DNA of 64,000 nt from Candidatus Margulisiibacteriota bacterium (GCA_041650855.1 JBAZKJ010000001.1:551078-615077); one strand, 5' to 3'; numbered from the stretch's first letter, positions 27,502 to 38,394 are shown. Program-made: numbers and translations. The notes: generated by a model from the sequence alone, not told the origin.

Positions 27502-29340
27502 ATGCTGAAAAAAACGCTCAAATGGGCGGGGATCGCGGCGGGAGGGCTGCTCCTCTTGCTGGTCATCGGGATAGTCGCCCTCCCCTTTGTCTTCCCGCTG
27601 GAAAAGATCAAGGATTTTGCCGTGGCCAAGATCAGCGAGACGATCCACCGCGAGGTCAAGATAGATAAGGTCTCGTTCGACCTCTTTTCCGGCATTAAAC
27701 TGCAGGGCTTGTACGTCGGCAACCGGCCGGGATTTGCCAAACAGCCGTTCGTCACGGCCGACGCGATCGAGCTCCGCTATGCTTTCTGGCCGCTCTTCTC
27801 CCGGCAGGTGATCATCAAGGAGATCGCCCTGGTCAAGCCGCAGATCCTGGTCGAGAAGAACGCCCGCGGCGAATTCAATTTCTCGGACATGGTTGCCGGG
27901 AACGGCAAACCGGCGGCAAAACAGCCGGACAAGCCGGCCGCCAAGCCGCCTTTCGACCTTTTCGTTTCCTCCTTTAGCATCAAGAACGCCAAGCTGACGT
28001 ATGCCGACCGCGCGGCCGGCACGGTCAACGAGGTCAAGAACTTTAACCTGAAGGTGGGCGGGTTCGAGCTGGCGCTCGTCAAGCCGATCGACCTGGCCGC
28101 TTCGGCCGTCGCCACCTATCAGGGGAAAGAGATCCCCCTCTCCCTCGGCGGCCAGATCGGCGTCAGCCTGGCGTCGGAAACGATCAACGTCAAGAACTTA
28201 ACCCTGTCGATCGCGGGAGAAAGCCTCTCGGCCGGCGCGGCCGTCAGCGGCTGGCGCAAGGCGCCGCGGCTGAACGCGACGATCAGTTCGCAAAAGTTCA
28301 ATGTCGACCCGCTGCTGGCCATCTTTGCCGGCGCGGCCAAAACCCCGTCGGCCAAACCGAAGCCGGGCGAGCTGACCAAAATGGTCAATGGCCTGACCGC
28401 GGCAATTCCCAGAAATGTCTCCGCCAATGTTAACCTGGATGTCGCCAACCTGACGTTCCAGAAATTCAAGGTCGACAAGATCGACGCATCGCTCGGCCTG
28501 GCCAACAAGGTCGCGACGGTCAAACTGAAAGGGGTCAAGATCTACGAGGGGCTCCTCTCCGGCAACTTGCAGGCGAACTTGAATACCCCCGGCCTCGCTT
28601 ACGAAGTGAAGGATCTCCGGCTGTCCGGCTTCAACGCGAGCCCGTTCTCGAACGCCGTGGTCGAAACCTTCTTGACCGGTATGCCCGATTCAAAGGACCT
28701 GGTCAATAAGGTCTACGGGACACTCGATATTTCCACCTCCCTGACCGGCCGCGGCGTGGAGCCGGACGCCATTATGTCGAACCTGAATTTGCACGGTTCA
28801 TTGGTCCTGAAGAATGGCGAATTAAAAAGGCTAAAAACCCTGGCCGAGATCGGGAAGACCCTGAAGTCGACCTCTCTCCAGCAGGACCTCAAGTTCGGCG
28901 CCCTTTACACGGCCTTTTCTTTTGCCAACCGGGTCGTTACCGCCAAGGCGCTGAAAGTCGAGGAAGCGGATTTTAAGCTTTATTTCAACGGCGGAGCCGA
29001 CCTAAAAAGCCTGAAATGGGTGCCGGGCAATAAACTGACGCTTAAGCTTGCTCCCCACCTGACCAAAGACCTCCCCCGGGAGTACTCGATCTTCAAGGAC
29101 GCCAAAGGGTGGTTCGAGCTCTCGTTTGAGATGACCGGTGACCTAAAAAAGCCCTTTCCTAAGCCAATTTTAGACAAGCCGCTCGAGGTCTTGACCGAAA
29201 AGGTCAAGGCCAAGATCGAAGCAAAGAAAGTCGAGATCGTCGAATCTGCCAAAACCGAGGTAGCCACTAAGGCAGCCGAGGTCAAAAAAGAGCTCGAAGA
29301 AAAGGCCAAAGGCGCTATCAAAGACCTCCTCAAGTTCTAG
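27502..29340 (+). CDS. AsmA-family outer-membrane assembly protein
   Basis: 612 aa. N-terminal TM anchor plus an AsmA-like N-domain (KISETIHREVKIDKVSFDLFSGIKLQGLYV), then a long beta-rich region and a C-terminal AsmA_2-like segment. Confidence 0.8.
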   Translation: MLKKTLKWAGIAAGGLLLLLVIGIVALPFVFPLEKIKDFAVAKISETIHREVKIDKVSFDLFSGIKLQGLYVGNRPGFAKQPFVTADAIELRYAFWPLFSRQVIIKEIALVKPQILVEKNARGEFNFSDMVAGNGKPAAKQPDKPAAKPPFDLFVSSFSIKNAKLTYADRAAGTVNEVKNFNLKVGGFELALVKPIDLAASAVATYQGKEIPLSLGGQIGVSLASETINVKNLTLSIAGESLSAGAAVSGWRKAPRLNATISSQKFNVDPLLAIFAGAAKTPSAKPKPGELTKMVNGLTAAIPRNVSANVNLDVANLTFQKFKVDKIDASLGLANKVATVKLKGVKIYEGLLSGNLQANLNTPGLAYEVKDLRLSGFNASPFSNAVVETFLTGMPDSKDLVNKVYGTLDISTSLTGRGVEPDAIMSNLNLHGSLVLKNGELKRLKTLAEIGKTLKSTSLQQDLKFGALYTAFSFANRVVTAKALKVEEADFKLYFNGGADLKSLKWVPGNKLTLKLAPHLTKDLPREYSIFKDAKGWFELSFEMTGDLKKPFPKPILDKPLEVLTEKVKAKIEAKKVEIVESAKTEVATKAAEVKKELEEKAKGAIKDLLKF

Positions 29341-29403
29341 ACCCGGCACGCAAGTTTTTCCCCTAATAACCCGATAATATAGGTAGAGAGAGGTGCTATC
29401 TAT

Positions 29404-29733
29404 ATGAAAAAAGCCTTAGTTGTAATTCTCGGATTGGTCATCCTGGCCGGGGTCGGTTTTGCCGCTGCCCATGAGCCGTATTCCCTGCAGGTCAAAAAGC
29501 TCTACTCTGTCCCGGACGAGAACTCGAATATCGTGTTTGATATCCCGATCGACGTTAAGCTCCTCGACATGTCCAACGACGGCAACTGGTACAAAGTCAG
29601 GATCTCTTTTAACCTCGGACCGTTAGGGTATACCTATGTCGGCTGGGCCAAGATCCCGGTCGGCGACATCATCGCCTCGCGGATGGAAAAGATCGCCAAG
29701 GTCGCCCCGGTCGAAGAAGTTACGGAAGAGTAA
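29404..29733 (+). CDS. small secreted protein with SH3b-like domain
   Basis: Signal peptide. The segment NWYKVRISFNLGPLGYTYVGWAKIP resembles a bacterial SH3. Confidence 0.5.
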   Translation: MKKALVVILGLVILAGVGFAAAHEPYSLQVKKLYSVPDENSNIVFDIPIDVKLLDMSNDGNWYKVRISFNLGPLGYTYVGWAKIPVGDIIASRMEKIAKVAPVEEVTEE

Positions 29734-29802
29734 CTGCTTGCGATAACCGTCCTCCCTTGTTATAATCCCGGAGGAATTAAGGGATATAAGGAGGACTCTA
29801 CA

Positions 29803-29967
29803 ATGGTCAGCAAGCTTATCAAGGTTATCCTCGGCCTCGCTCTCATCGCCCTCGGCGCCTGGTTGGTATTTCTCTGGTGGGGCGACCTGCTCGCTCTGGT
29901 CCGGGGCGGACTCGGGTTATTCCTGATCCTCTGCGGCCTGATCGCTTTTGCCCTGGTAGCAGATTAA
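29803..29967 (+). CDS. small (54 aa) two-TM membrane protein
   Basis: ATG preceded by SD AAGGAGG (29789-29795). Strongly hydrophobic. Not in the ORF track because it is under 60 aa. Confidence 0.3.
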   Translation: MVSKLIKVILGLALIALGAWLVFLWWGDLLALVRGGLGLFLILCGLIAFALVAD

Positions 29968-29973
29968 GCTTAG

Positions 29974-30828
29974 CTATTTAGCCTCTTGATTTTTCTTGAA
30001 GGCCATGATGGCCTCCATGATCTCGATCGGCACGGCCAGGACAACCGTGTTGGACGCGGTCGGACCTAGCCCGTCGATCGTCTGAAGGGTACGCAACTGC
30101 ATCGCCCCATTGCTGGCCGCCATCGTCTTGGCCGCTGCCGCCAGGTTGACCGCCGCCAGCATGTCCCCTTCCGCCTTGGTAATGTTCGCCCGCTTTTCCC
30201 GCTCGGCCGACGCCTGGCGCGACATCATCCGTTTCAGGTCCTCCGGCATGTTGATGTCCTGGATCTTGATGTTGGTGATCTCCAGCCCCCAGTTCTTGCT
30301 TTCCGCCTCGACGAACTTCTCGATCTCCTCGCCGATCTTCTGCCGCTCGGCCAGGAGCTCGTCAAGGGTCATGCCGCCGATCACGTCGCGCAGCGTCGCC
30401 TGGGCGAAGTTCGAGACCGCGTAGGTGTAGCTCTGGACGTTGACAATGGCCGCGATCGGGTCGACGACCTTGAAGTAGAGGACCGCGTCGATCGCCACCG
30501 GGACGTTGTCCTTGGTTATAACTTGTTGTTTCGGGATATCGAGCGTCTGGACCCGGGTATCAATGACCGCGGCCGCTTCGATGATCGGGATGATGAAGAA
30601 CATCCCCGGCCCTCTTAACCCTTTCAGCTTACCGAGCCGGAGAACGATCGCCCTTTCCCACTGCAGGGCGATGCGGACCGCCGCGCTGACGAACCAGGCC
30701 AGGAAAAAAGTAACGACGAACGCAGCCCCGCCCAGGAACGTGCTGGTTGCCGCCAGGACGATCAGGCTGCAGAAGCCGCCGACCAACATAATGACCAAAA
30801 ATAATAGCCCCGAGATCGCAAACCCCAT
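29974..30828 (-). CDS. SPFH/band-7 (stomatin-like) membrane protein
   Basis: N-terminal TM helix plus an SPFH domain. Start set at M of MGFAISG because of the SD GGGAGGAG 6 nt upstream. The ORF track extension to 30930 is rejected. Confidence 0.85.
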   Translation of the reverse strand: MGFAISGLLFLVIMLVGGFCSLIVLAATSTFLGGAAFVVTFFLAWFVSAAVRIALQWERAIVLRLGKLKGLRGPGMFFIIPIIEAAAVIDTRVQTLDIPKQQVITKDNVPVAIDAVLYFKVVDPIAAIVNVQSYTYAVSNFAQATLRDVIGGMTLDELLAERQKIGEEIEKFVEAESKNWGLEITNIKIQDINMPEDLKRMMSRQASAEREKRANITKAEGDMLAAVNLAAAAKTMAASNGAMQLRTLQTIDGLGPTASNTVVLAVPIEIMEAIMAFKKNQEAK

Positions 30829-30935
30829 AAAAAACTCCTCCCTTATTATTGACGCCCCGAGCGGCCGCTGTTTAACTATGCTTTCGGCTGCGGCCGGTAC
30901 TTCTATATCGATCTGTTCGCTGTCGCCCATGATGG

Positions 30936-30964
30936 TTAATATTACCCCGGCAATCTGGTATAAT
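30936..30964 (+). promoter_or_regulatory. promoter TTAATA-17-TATAAT; pyrE ATG 7 nt downstream (leaderless)
   Basis: -10 at 30959-30964. ATG at 30972. Confidence 0.5.
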
Positions 30965-30971
30965 CAAGCTG

Positions 30972-31490
30972 ATGGACGCGGTCAATGAACTCAAAAAATT
31001 ATTAAAAGATACCGGCGCGGTCAAGACCGGCGATTTTACCCTCTCCTCGGGGAAGAAAAGCGATTTTTACGTGGACTGCCGCAAGGTAACGCTGCACCCC
31101 AGGGGGGCGAAACTGGTCGGCAAGCTCGTCCTGGAAAAGATCAAAGGGCTCAAGGTCGACGCCGTTGGCGGCATGACCCTGGGCGCCGACCCGATCACCG
31201 GCGCCGTCGTCACCCTCTCCGACCTCCCCGGCTTTATCGTCCGGAAAAAGGAGAAGGAACACGGGACCCGGCAAAAGATCGAGGGGCATATCGCCCCCGG
31301 CTGGAACGTCGTCATCGTCGAGGACGTCGCCACGACCGGCGGCTCCGCCCGGCAGGCGATCGAGGCGGTCGAGCAAGCCGGGGCAAAGGTGGTCAAGGTC
31401 ATTTCCGTGGTCGACCGGGAAGAGGGGGCGAAAGAGGCCCTGGCCAAGTACGACTTCGACCCGCTACTTAAAAAGTCCGAGTTCTTTTGA
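30972..31490 (+). CDS. pyrE: orotate phosphoribosyltransferase
   Basis: 172 aa. PRPP-binding motif VVIVEDVATTGGS. ATG lies 7 nt after TATAAT (30959-30964). Confidence 0.9.
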   Translation: MDAVNELKKLLKDTGAVKTGDFTLSSGKKSDFYVDCRKVTLHPRGAKLVGKLVLEKIKGLKVDAVGGMTLGADPITGAVVTLSDLPGFIVRKKEKEHGTRQKIEGHIAPGWNVVIVEDVATTGGSARQAIEAVEQAGAKVVKVISVVDREEGAKEALAKYDFDPLLKKSEFF

Positions 31491-31496
31491 TATAAT
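31468..31496 (+). promoter_or_regulatory. TATAAT box 8 nt upstream of tRNA-Thr 5' end (within pyrE 3' end)
   Basis: TATAAT at 31491-31496. tRNA begins at 31505. Confidence 0.4.
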
Positions 31497-31504
31497 GGCC
31501 GCGG

Positions 31505-31577
31505 GCCCGTGTAGCTCAGTTGGTAGAGCATTTCCATGGTAAGGAAAAGGTCGCCGGTTCGATTCCGGCCGCGGGCT
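31505..31577 (+). tRNA. tRNA-Thr (anticodon GGT)
   Basis: Hand-folded cloverleaf. Acceptor GCCCGTG/CGCGGGC (one G-U pair), D-arm GCTC-AGTTGGTA-GAGC, anticodon loop ATGGTAA, T-arm GCCGG-TTCGATT-CCGGC. Confidence 0.9.
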
Positions 31578-31605
31578 TTTTGATCCAATCGGGCAAAGGA
31601 GAGCC

Positions 31606-32676
31606 ATGAACTTCCGTTTGAAATTGCTGCTCGCCATAATTGTTACTTTTATTTTCTTCTTTTTCGCTTCCGACCAGATCGGCAAGAAGCTTATCTTCGG
31701 CAATTTCGATAAACTGGAGCGCGATTACGCGATCAGCGACATGGGCCGGGTCCTCTACTTTATCAACGATTCTTTTACCAGTTACGACGACACCTGCCGG
31801 GACTGGGCTTATTGGGACGATACCTACGCCTTTGTCCGGGATAAGAACGAAAAATACCGCCGGTCCAACCTGACCCCGCAAACCTTTGACAACCTCCGGA
31901 TCCATTTGCTGATGATGTTCGACGAAAAAGGCCGGGTGGTGTACGCTTCCGGTTATAACAATTCGGCCGATACGCTTCAGCCGCTCGGTTCGGCGGCCGA
32001 AAAGGCGCTGATCGCCGGTTTTACTTGCAAAGTGATCAATAAAGGGAGCCAGGGAGTGATCATGATGCCCGAAGGGGCAATGCTGGTCAATGCCCGGCCG
32101 ATCATTCAAAGCAGCCAAACCGGCCCGATCAGGGGGACATTGGTAATGGGCCGTTATTTTGACGCGTTCCGTCTCAGGCGCCTGACCTCGGTGACCCATC
32201 TTTATGCCCAGGCTTATTCGCTCAACCAGGAAAACATCCCTGCCGACGTCAAGGCAGCCCTCCCGGCCCTCGCTTCTTCACCGATCAAGCTGGACAATCA
32301 TAAACAAACGATGGTCGGCTATCTGCTGATGAATGACGTTTTTCGCCGGCCGGCCCTGGTCTTTCGCATCGAAATGCCCCGGACCCTTTATTTCCAATCC
32401 CAGATGTTCTCCAGTTTGTTGTCGATCATTCGCCTATCCGCTTTCTTTTTCACCGGGCTGGTCACCTTGCTGATCCTGCAGCCGCTGGTGATCGCGCCGA
32501 TCGACCGGGTCAATAAAGAATTAAACCAAATAATGGACCACTGTAACCTGATGCAGGGGGCAAAGCTGGCCGCACCGACCGACAAGGACGAGCTGGCTAC
32601 TTTACAAACATCCGTGGATAATATGCTAAAAGAACTGGAGCGGCGCCACCAACCAGACCGCGACCCCGAACCTTAA
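31606..32676 (+). CDS. membrane sensor protein: CHASE4-like periplasmic domain + TM + HAMP, no output domain
   Basis: N-terminal TM, a periplasmic region with the DWAYWDDTYAFV motif (CHASE4 hallmark), a second TM and a HAMP-like segment. The ORF ends 70 aa after TM2. Confidence 0.55.
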   Translation: MNFRLKLLLAIIVTFIFFFFASDQIGKKLIFGNFDKLERDYAISDMGRVLYFINDSFTSYDDTCRDWAYWDDTYAFVRDKNEKYRRSNLTPQTFDNLRIHLLMMFDEKGRVVYASGYNNSADTLQPLGSAAEKALIAGFTCKVINKGSQGVIMMPEGAMLVNARPIIQSSQTGPIRGTLVMGRYFDAFRLRRLTSVTHLYAQAYSLNQENIPADVKAALPALASSPIKLDNHKQTMVGYLLMNDVFRRPALVFRIEMPRTLYFQSQMFSSLLSIIRLSAFFFTGLVTLLILQPLVIAPIDRVNKELNQIMDHCNLMQGAKLAAPTDKDELATLQTSVDNMLKELERRHQPDRDPEP

Positions 32677-33599
32677 GGAAGGGTCGTGAACGACAACTGG
32701 GCCCCCTCGATCTCCCCTCCGCTGTATTGCAGCCGCGCCACGAAATAATAGAGGCTGTTCCTGGTTAAGCCGCTCCGGTTCGTGTTATACGAACCCGAAC
32801 CGTTCCTGATCGCCCAAGCCGTATAGGTCCAGGTCGCTACGCCGGACCGCCGGTATTTGAACTGCACTTGCCCGGTCGCGTACCCCCCGAAATTATAGGT
32901 CATGTTCAGGCGGGCGTTGTTGCGGCCGATGCTGGTAGCTGCCTGGGTCACAACGCTGGGCGGCGCCGGCGGCGTCGTGGTGGTCGTGACCGTGGTGGTG
33001 GTTGTGGTCGTCGTAGTTGGCGCCGCTGTAGTGGTTGTCGATGTCGTAGTCGACGTTGAGGACGTTGTTGTTGACGTGGTCGTTGTGCTGGTCGTAGTCG
33101 ACGTAGAAGTCGTGGTTGTTGTGGTACTGGTAGTCGTTGAAGTCGTGCTGGTCGTGGTCAATGGAGTTGTCGTTGGCGGCGGCATGATGGTCGTGGTGGT
33201 CGGCGCTTCGATCAGCCGGAACAAGCCGGAAAGTTCGACGCGGTACTCATAAGTATTGCCGGTCGGGGTGAATTGCCAGGTGTTCGCGCTCAACTTCTGC
33301 CAATCCCTCTTGACCGGCTCCTGCAGGACCACGCCAAAAAAAGGGTTGGTGTTGGTGGCATAGGACCCGGCCTCGGCCGAATCCAGCTCGGGGGGGAAGT
33401 TCCTGGTCCCGCCCTGCTGCGGGTCGAGGAAGTAGATCATGACCCCGGTCTTGATCGCCTCGGCCGTCGATTTTTCCACCGATTCCTGGGCGACCGGCTC
33501 AAAATTGCGGTATACGGAAAAAGCGATCGCCACGATGATGCTCAGGATCACCATCACCATGATCGTGCTTATTAAAGTGAAGCCCCCTTTTGTTCTCAT
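32673..33599 (-). CDS. type IV pilin-like (prepilin N-terminus) protein with poly-Thr linker and C-terminal Fn3/Ig-like domain
   Basis: MRTKGGFTLISTIMVMVILSIIVAI resembles a class III signal/N-methylation region, but position +5 is Ser rather than Glu. An 80-aa T/S/P linker and a C-terminal beta-sandwich. Alternative GTG start at 33629. Confidence 0.55.
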   Translation of the reverse strand: MRTKGGFTLISTIMVMVILSIIVAIAFSVYRNFEPVAQESVEKSTAEAIKTGVMIYFLDPQQGGTRNFPPELDSAEAGSYATNTNPFFGVVLQEPVKRDWQKLSANTWQFTPTGNTYEYRVELSGLFRLIEAPTTTTIMPPPTTTPLTTTSTTSTTTSTTTTTTSTSTTTSTTTTSTTTSSTSTTTSTTTTAAPTTTTTTTTTVTTTTTPPAPPSVVTQAATSIGRNNARLNMTYNFGGYATGQVQFKYRRSGVATWTYTAWAIRNGSGSYNTNRSGLTRNSLYYFVARLQYSGGEIEGAQLSFTTLP

Positions 33600-33666
33600 G
33601 GCAAACCGGCAGCCCTTCCACCTGCTCACCGTGTGGCTATTATAGCAGATATCCCGGTTTTACAAC

Positions 33667-33697
33667 TTGACAATCCCCCCCGGTTTTAGGGTATAAT
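33667..33697 (+). promoter_or_regulatory. consensus sigma70 promoter TTGACA-19-TATAAT for tuf
   Basis: Perfect -35 and -10 hexamers. A 50-nt leader with SD AGGAGGT. Confidence 0.6.
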
Positions 33698-33747
33698 ACA
33701 ACGTTGCCTAAAAAATAGGTCACGAATCACTTTAGGAGGTATGTATC

Positions 33748-34941
<1,194 letters not shown>

Positions 34942-34952
34942 CAGCCCGTTAG

Positions 34953-36281
34953 TTGAGGACGCTGATCAAAGTATTCGGGGTCGTGGCGGCAGCCTCGCTG
35001 CTCGTCACGGCCGGCCTGATCGGCTTTGATTTCTTCCAGGTCCAGGAGAAATTCCCCGCGCAGACCTATATCGGCGCGGTCAACGTCTCCGGGCTCGACC
35101 AGCCGCAAGCCCTCGACAAGATCCGCTCCCTGAACCCTTCCCAGGTCTTCGCGCCGGCCGTTTCCTTTGAGGCGGAAAAAGAAAGTTTCTCTTATTCCCC
35201 CGAAGAGCTCGGCGTCACCGTCAACTACGAAGAGAGCATAAAACAGGCCTTTAAAATGACCCACCAGGATGGCTATATCCGGGAGCTGAAGGAGCGCCTG
35301 ACCGAGGGGATGATCCACTGCCCTGTTGTCCTGTCGCTGAACGAGAACAAATTGCGCGATGCGCTGGAAACCCTGGCCAACAAGATCCGCTCCGATTCCC
35401 AGGACGCTTCGATCATCCTTTACGAAGAGACCGGCGGCTACCATATCGAACCGGAGGAAATGGGGCGCGAGGTCAATATCGATGACACCGTCAAAGAGTT
35501 CAAGGCCGCCCTGGCGGCCGAAAAAAAGACCTTCCCGGTCGTCATTGAGTACGAGGAGCCGTACATCACGGAAAAGGAGCTCCGCGCCGCGCCGCCGGCT
35601 CACCGCCTCTCCGCCTTCACCACCTATTACGGCAAACACGATTCGCCTAACCGAATCCACAACATCCGGCTGGTCGCCTCCTGGATCAACAACACCATCC
35701 TGATGCCGGGCGAGGTTTTTTCGGTCGGGGACATCCTGGGCGACATCACGCCGGAACGCGGGTTCAAGGAAGCTTTCGTGATCATGAAGGGGGAACTGGT
35801 CCCGCAGCTGGGCGGCGGCTCCTGCCAGATCGCAACAACCCTGTACAACACCATCCAGCTGGCCGACGTCAAGGTCGTCCAGCGGCGGAGCCATTCGATG
35901 TATTTTAATATCTACCCGCTCGGCCGCGACGCCGGCGTGTTCCCCCCGTCGCTCGATTTCAAGTTCGAGAACGACACCGGCCACCCGCTCCTGATCAAGG
36001 CGCTTGCCACCAACCGGCGGCTCTCTTTCCGGCTCTACGGGACGCCGACCGGCAAGACGGTCAAGTTCACCTACCCGCGCGTTCATATGCTGACCGAATC
36101 CGGGTACGTCCCGGCCACGGTCCGGGCGGTGCTGGCCGCCGACGCGCCGTTCAAGACCGAAGTGACCCGCACGGTCTTCGACAAAGAAGGCAAAGAGCTG
36201 AAGAGCGAAAAGATCCTCAGCTTCTACAAGCTTTATGGAGAAAAAGAAAATGTGCCGATTGCCAGGCCTGAACCAAGATAA
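34953..36281 (+). CDS. VanW-family protein
   Basis: N-terminal TM anchor, a PG-binding-like region, and a VanW domain (YYGKHDSPNRIHNIRLVASWINNTILMPGEVFS). TTG start 11 nt after the tuf stop. Confidence 0.8.
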   Translation: MRTLIKVFGVVAAASLLVTAGLIGFDFFQVQEKFPAQTYIGAVNVSGLDQPQALDKIRSLNPSQVFAPAVSFEAEKESFSYSPEELGVTVNYEESIKQAFKMTHQDGYIRELKERLTEGMIHCPVVLSLNENKLRDALETLANKIRSDSQDASIILYEETGGYHIEPEEMGREVNIDDTVKEFKAALAAEKKTFPVVIEYEEPYITEKELRAAPPAHRLSAFTTYYGKHDSPNRIHNIRLVASWINNTILMPGEVFSVGDILGDITPERGFKEAFVIMKGELVPQLGGGSCQIATTLYNTIQLADVKVVQRRSHSMYFNIYPLGRDAGVFPPSLDFKFENDTGHPLLIKALATNRRLSFRLYGTPTGKTVKFTYPRVHMLTESGYVPATVRAVLAADAPFKTEVTRTVFDKEGKELKSEKILSFYKLYGEKENVPIARPEPR

Positions 36282-36287
36282 CCAAAA

Positions 36288-36317
36288 CTCGAAATACTAA
36301 ACTCTAAATTCTAAACA
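36288..36317 (+). repeat. tandem heptamer array TCTAAAC-like x4 (reverse orientation) immediately upstream of lpxC ATG
   Basis: CTCGAAA TACTAAA CTCTAAA TTCTAAA C. Its reverse complement matches the acpP array at 24/25 positions (TTTAGAGTTTAGTATTTnGAGTTT). Confidence 0.7.
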
Positions 36318-36325
36318 AATCCGAA

Positions 36326-37114
36326 ATGCGAAACCCGAAATTCCAAACAACGATCAAAAAGGCTTTTACCCTGGAGGGGATCGGGCTGCATAGCGGGGCA
36401 AAGGTCTCCGCGACGGTCGCGCCAGCTGAAGCAGGCGCCGGGGTAACGTTCAACGGGACCCGAGCAATCCTGTCTAACGTAACCGCGACAAAACGGGCAA
36501 CTACAATTGGCAACGTGGCCATGGTCGAGCATCTTCTTTCGGCCGCCGCCGGCCTTGGCATCGACAACCTTGCCGTTATTGTTCAGGGGCCGGAAATTCC
36601 TGTTCTAGATGGGAGTGCTTTGCCTTGGGTTGAGGCCTTGGAAAAGGCGGGAATTCTCCCCCTCTCCTCACTACTTACCCCTCTCATCATTCAACAACCT
36701 ATCCGCCTAACCACCCAGGATGCCTCCCTGGAAGCCTTCCCTTACGATGGCTTCGAGGTCGAATTTATGGTAGACTTTAAAGGGGTTGGAGAGCAGAAAT
36801 TCGCTTATAACGCTGAAAAAATGAGCTATAAGGCGGAGATCGCCCCGGCCCGGACATTTGGCTATCTTGAAGAGATCGACGCGCTAAAAGCGCAGGGCTT
36901 GGGTCTGGGGGCATCTTACGACAACGCTCTGGTCTTAAATAACAGCGGCTACGTCAACGAACCCCGGTTCCCCGATGAGCCGGCCCGCCACAAGATACTG
37001 GACCTGATCGGCGACCTGGCGCTGCTGGGAAGACCGCTTAAGGCCCGGCTCAAGGCCAGCCGCTCCGGCCACAAGTTGAACGCGGAATTAGTAAGGAGGA
37101 TATTACAGCCATGA
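36326..37114 (+). CDS. lpxC: UDP-3-O-acyl-N-acetylglucosamine deacetylase
   Basis: 262 aa. [23 protein letters not shown] and [10 protein letters not shown] motifs. No SD. Preceded by an AT-rich heptamer array. Confidence 0.9.
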   Translation: MRNPKFQTTIKKAFTLEGIGLHSGAKVSATVAPAEAGAGVTFNGTRAILSNVTATKRATTIGNVAMVEHLLSAAAGLGIDNLAVIVQGPEIPVLDGSALPWVEALEKAGILPLSSLLTPLIIQQPIRLTTQDASLEAFPYDGFEVEFMVDFKGVGEQKFAYNAEKMSYKAEIAPARTFGYLEEIDALKAQGLGLGASYDNALVLNNSGYVNEPRFPDEPARHKILDLIGDLALLGRPLKARLKASRSGHKLNAELVRRILQP

Positions 37115-38394
37115 ACGAAGTGAACATCGATATCAAGGAGATCATGAAAACGATCCCCCATCGTTACCCCTTCCTGCTGATCGACCGGGTGATCGAACTG
37201 GAAGAAGGAAAACGGGCCGTCGCCATCAAGAACGTGACGATGAACGAGCCGCAATTCACCGGCCATTTCCCCGGCATCCCGATCATGCCCGGCGTTCTTA
37301 TTATTGAAGCGCTCGCCCAGGTCGGCTGCGTCATGGCGCTCCGGCAGCCTTCGGCCGAAGGGAAGATCGTCCTTTTTGCCGGGATCGACGGCGTCCGCTT
37401 CCGGCGGCAGGTCATTCCCGGCGACCAGCTCCGGCTGGAGGTAGAAACTGTCTGGGTGCGCGGCCCGCTCGGCAAAATGAAGGGGAAGGCGACCGTTAAC
37501 GGCGAAGTCGCCGCTGAGGGCGAATTCACCTTCTCGCTCGCAGACCCGGCCGCCGGCAGCGCCAAGGTCCACCCAACCGCAACCGTCCACAAGAACGCCG
37601 TGCTGGGCAAGAACGTCGAGATCGGCCCCGACACCGTGATCGGCGCCGACGTCAAGATCGGCGACGGCACGAAAGTCGGCGCCCATTGCCTCATTACCGG
37701 CTGGACGACGATCGGCAAGGAGAACGCCATCCACAACGGGACGGCGATCGGCCTGCCGCCCCAGGACGTTAAATACAAAGGGGAAAAAGGCGAGATCATC
37801 ATCGGCGACAAGAACATCATCCGCGAGTTTGTCACGATCCACATCCCTTCCGCCGGCGGGGAGACGCGTATCGGCAACGAATGCTTCATCATGGTCCACG
37901 CCCACGTGCCGCACAACTGCCGGATCGGCAACCAGGTGATCCTCGGCGGGTACGTCGGTTTGGCCGGCTACACGGAGATCGGCGACCAGGTCATCATCGG
38001 CGGGCTGGCGGGGGTCCACCAGTTCTGCCGGATCGGCCGGCTGACGATGGTCGGCGCCCAGTCCAAGGTCACCCAGGATATCGCCCCGTTCATGCTGGTG
38101 GAAGGGAACCCGGCGCAGGTCCGCGGGATCAACAGCATCGGCATCCAGCGGCGCGGCATCAGCCAGGAATCCCATTCGGAGATCAAGAAAGCGTTCAAGC
38201 TCCTCTACGAATCGGGCCACACTACCGCCGAAGCCGCCAAAGAGATCAAGAAACGGCTCCGGCCGCTCCCCGAGATCGAGCAGATCGTCGCTTTCCTCGA
38301 ACAGGAAAGCCACCGCGGGATCAGCAAGAAGACCGCCCTGGAAGAAGAGGCGGAAGAGCTGCTTCTCCCCGACATCCCCGAACTCGGCATATGA
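37111..38394 (+). CDS. bifunctional 3-hydroxyacyl-ACP dehydratase FabZ / UDP-GlcNAc acyltransferase LpxA fusion
   Basis: Residues 1-150 form a FabZ hot-dog fold ([25 protein letters not shown]). Residues 160-427 carry LpxA hexapeptide repeats and a C-terminal helical domain. Confidence 0.9.
   Translation: MNEVNIDIKEIMKTIPHRYPFLLIDRVIELEEGKRAVAIKNVTMNEPQFTGHFPGIPIMPGVLIIEALAQVGCVMALRQPSAEGKIVLFAGIDGVRFRRQVIPGDQLRLEVETVWVRGPLGKMKGKATVNGEVAAEGEFTFSLADPAAGSAKVHPTATVHKNAVLGKNVEIGPDTVIGADVKIGDGTKVGAHCLITGWTTIGKENAIHNGTAIGLPPQDVKYKGEKGEIIIGDKNIIREFVTIHIPSAGGETRIGNECFIMVHAHVPHNCRIGNQVILGGYVGLAGYTEIGDQVIIGGLAGVHQFCRIGRLTMVGAQSKVTQDIAPFMLVEGNPAQVRGINSIGIQRRGISQESHSEIKKAFKLLYESGHTTAEAAKEIKKRLRPLPEIEQIVAFLEQESHRGISKKTALEEEAEELLLPDIPELGI

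Noticed and set aside
30829-30930. N-terminal extension MGDSEQ... of the SPFH gene
   Set aside because: A strong SD GGGAGGAG sits 6 nt upstream of the internal M of MGFAISG, and the extension has no TM or signal features.
32902-33252. ORFs encoding poly-Val/poly-Gly on the + strand within the pilin-like gene; similar ones at 4469-4720
   Set aside because: These are reverse-strand readings of poly-Thr codon repeats (ACC/ACG gives GGT/CGT), not genes.
37881-38390. N-terminal 170-aa extension of lpxB in the ORF track
   Set aside because: The extension is an alternate-frame translation of the fabZ-lpxA 3' half (Pro/Arg/Gly-rich). The conserved LpxB N-terminus [13 protein letters not shown] begins at 38391 with an ATGA overlap.
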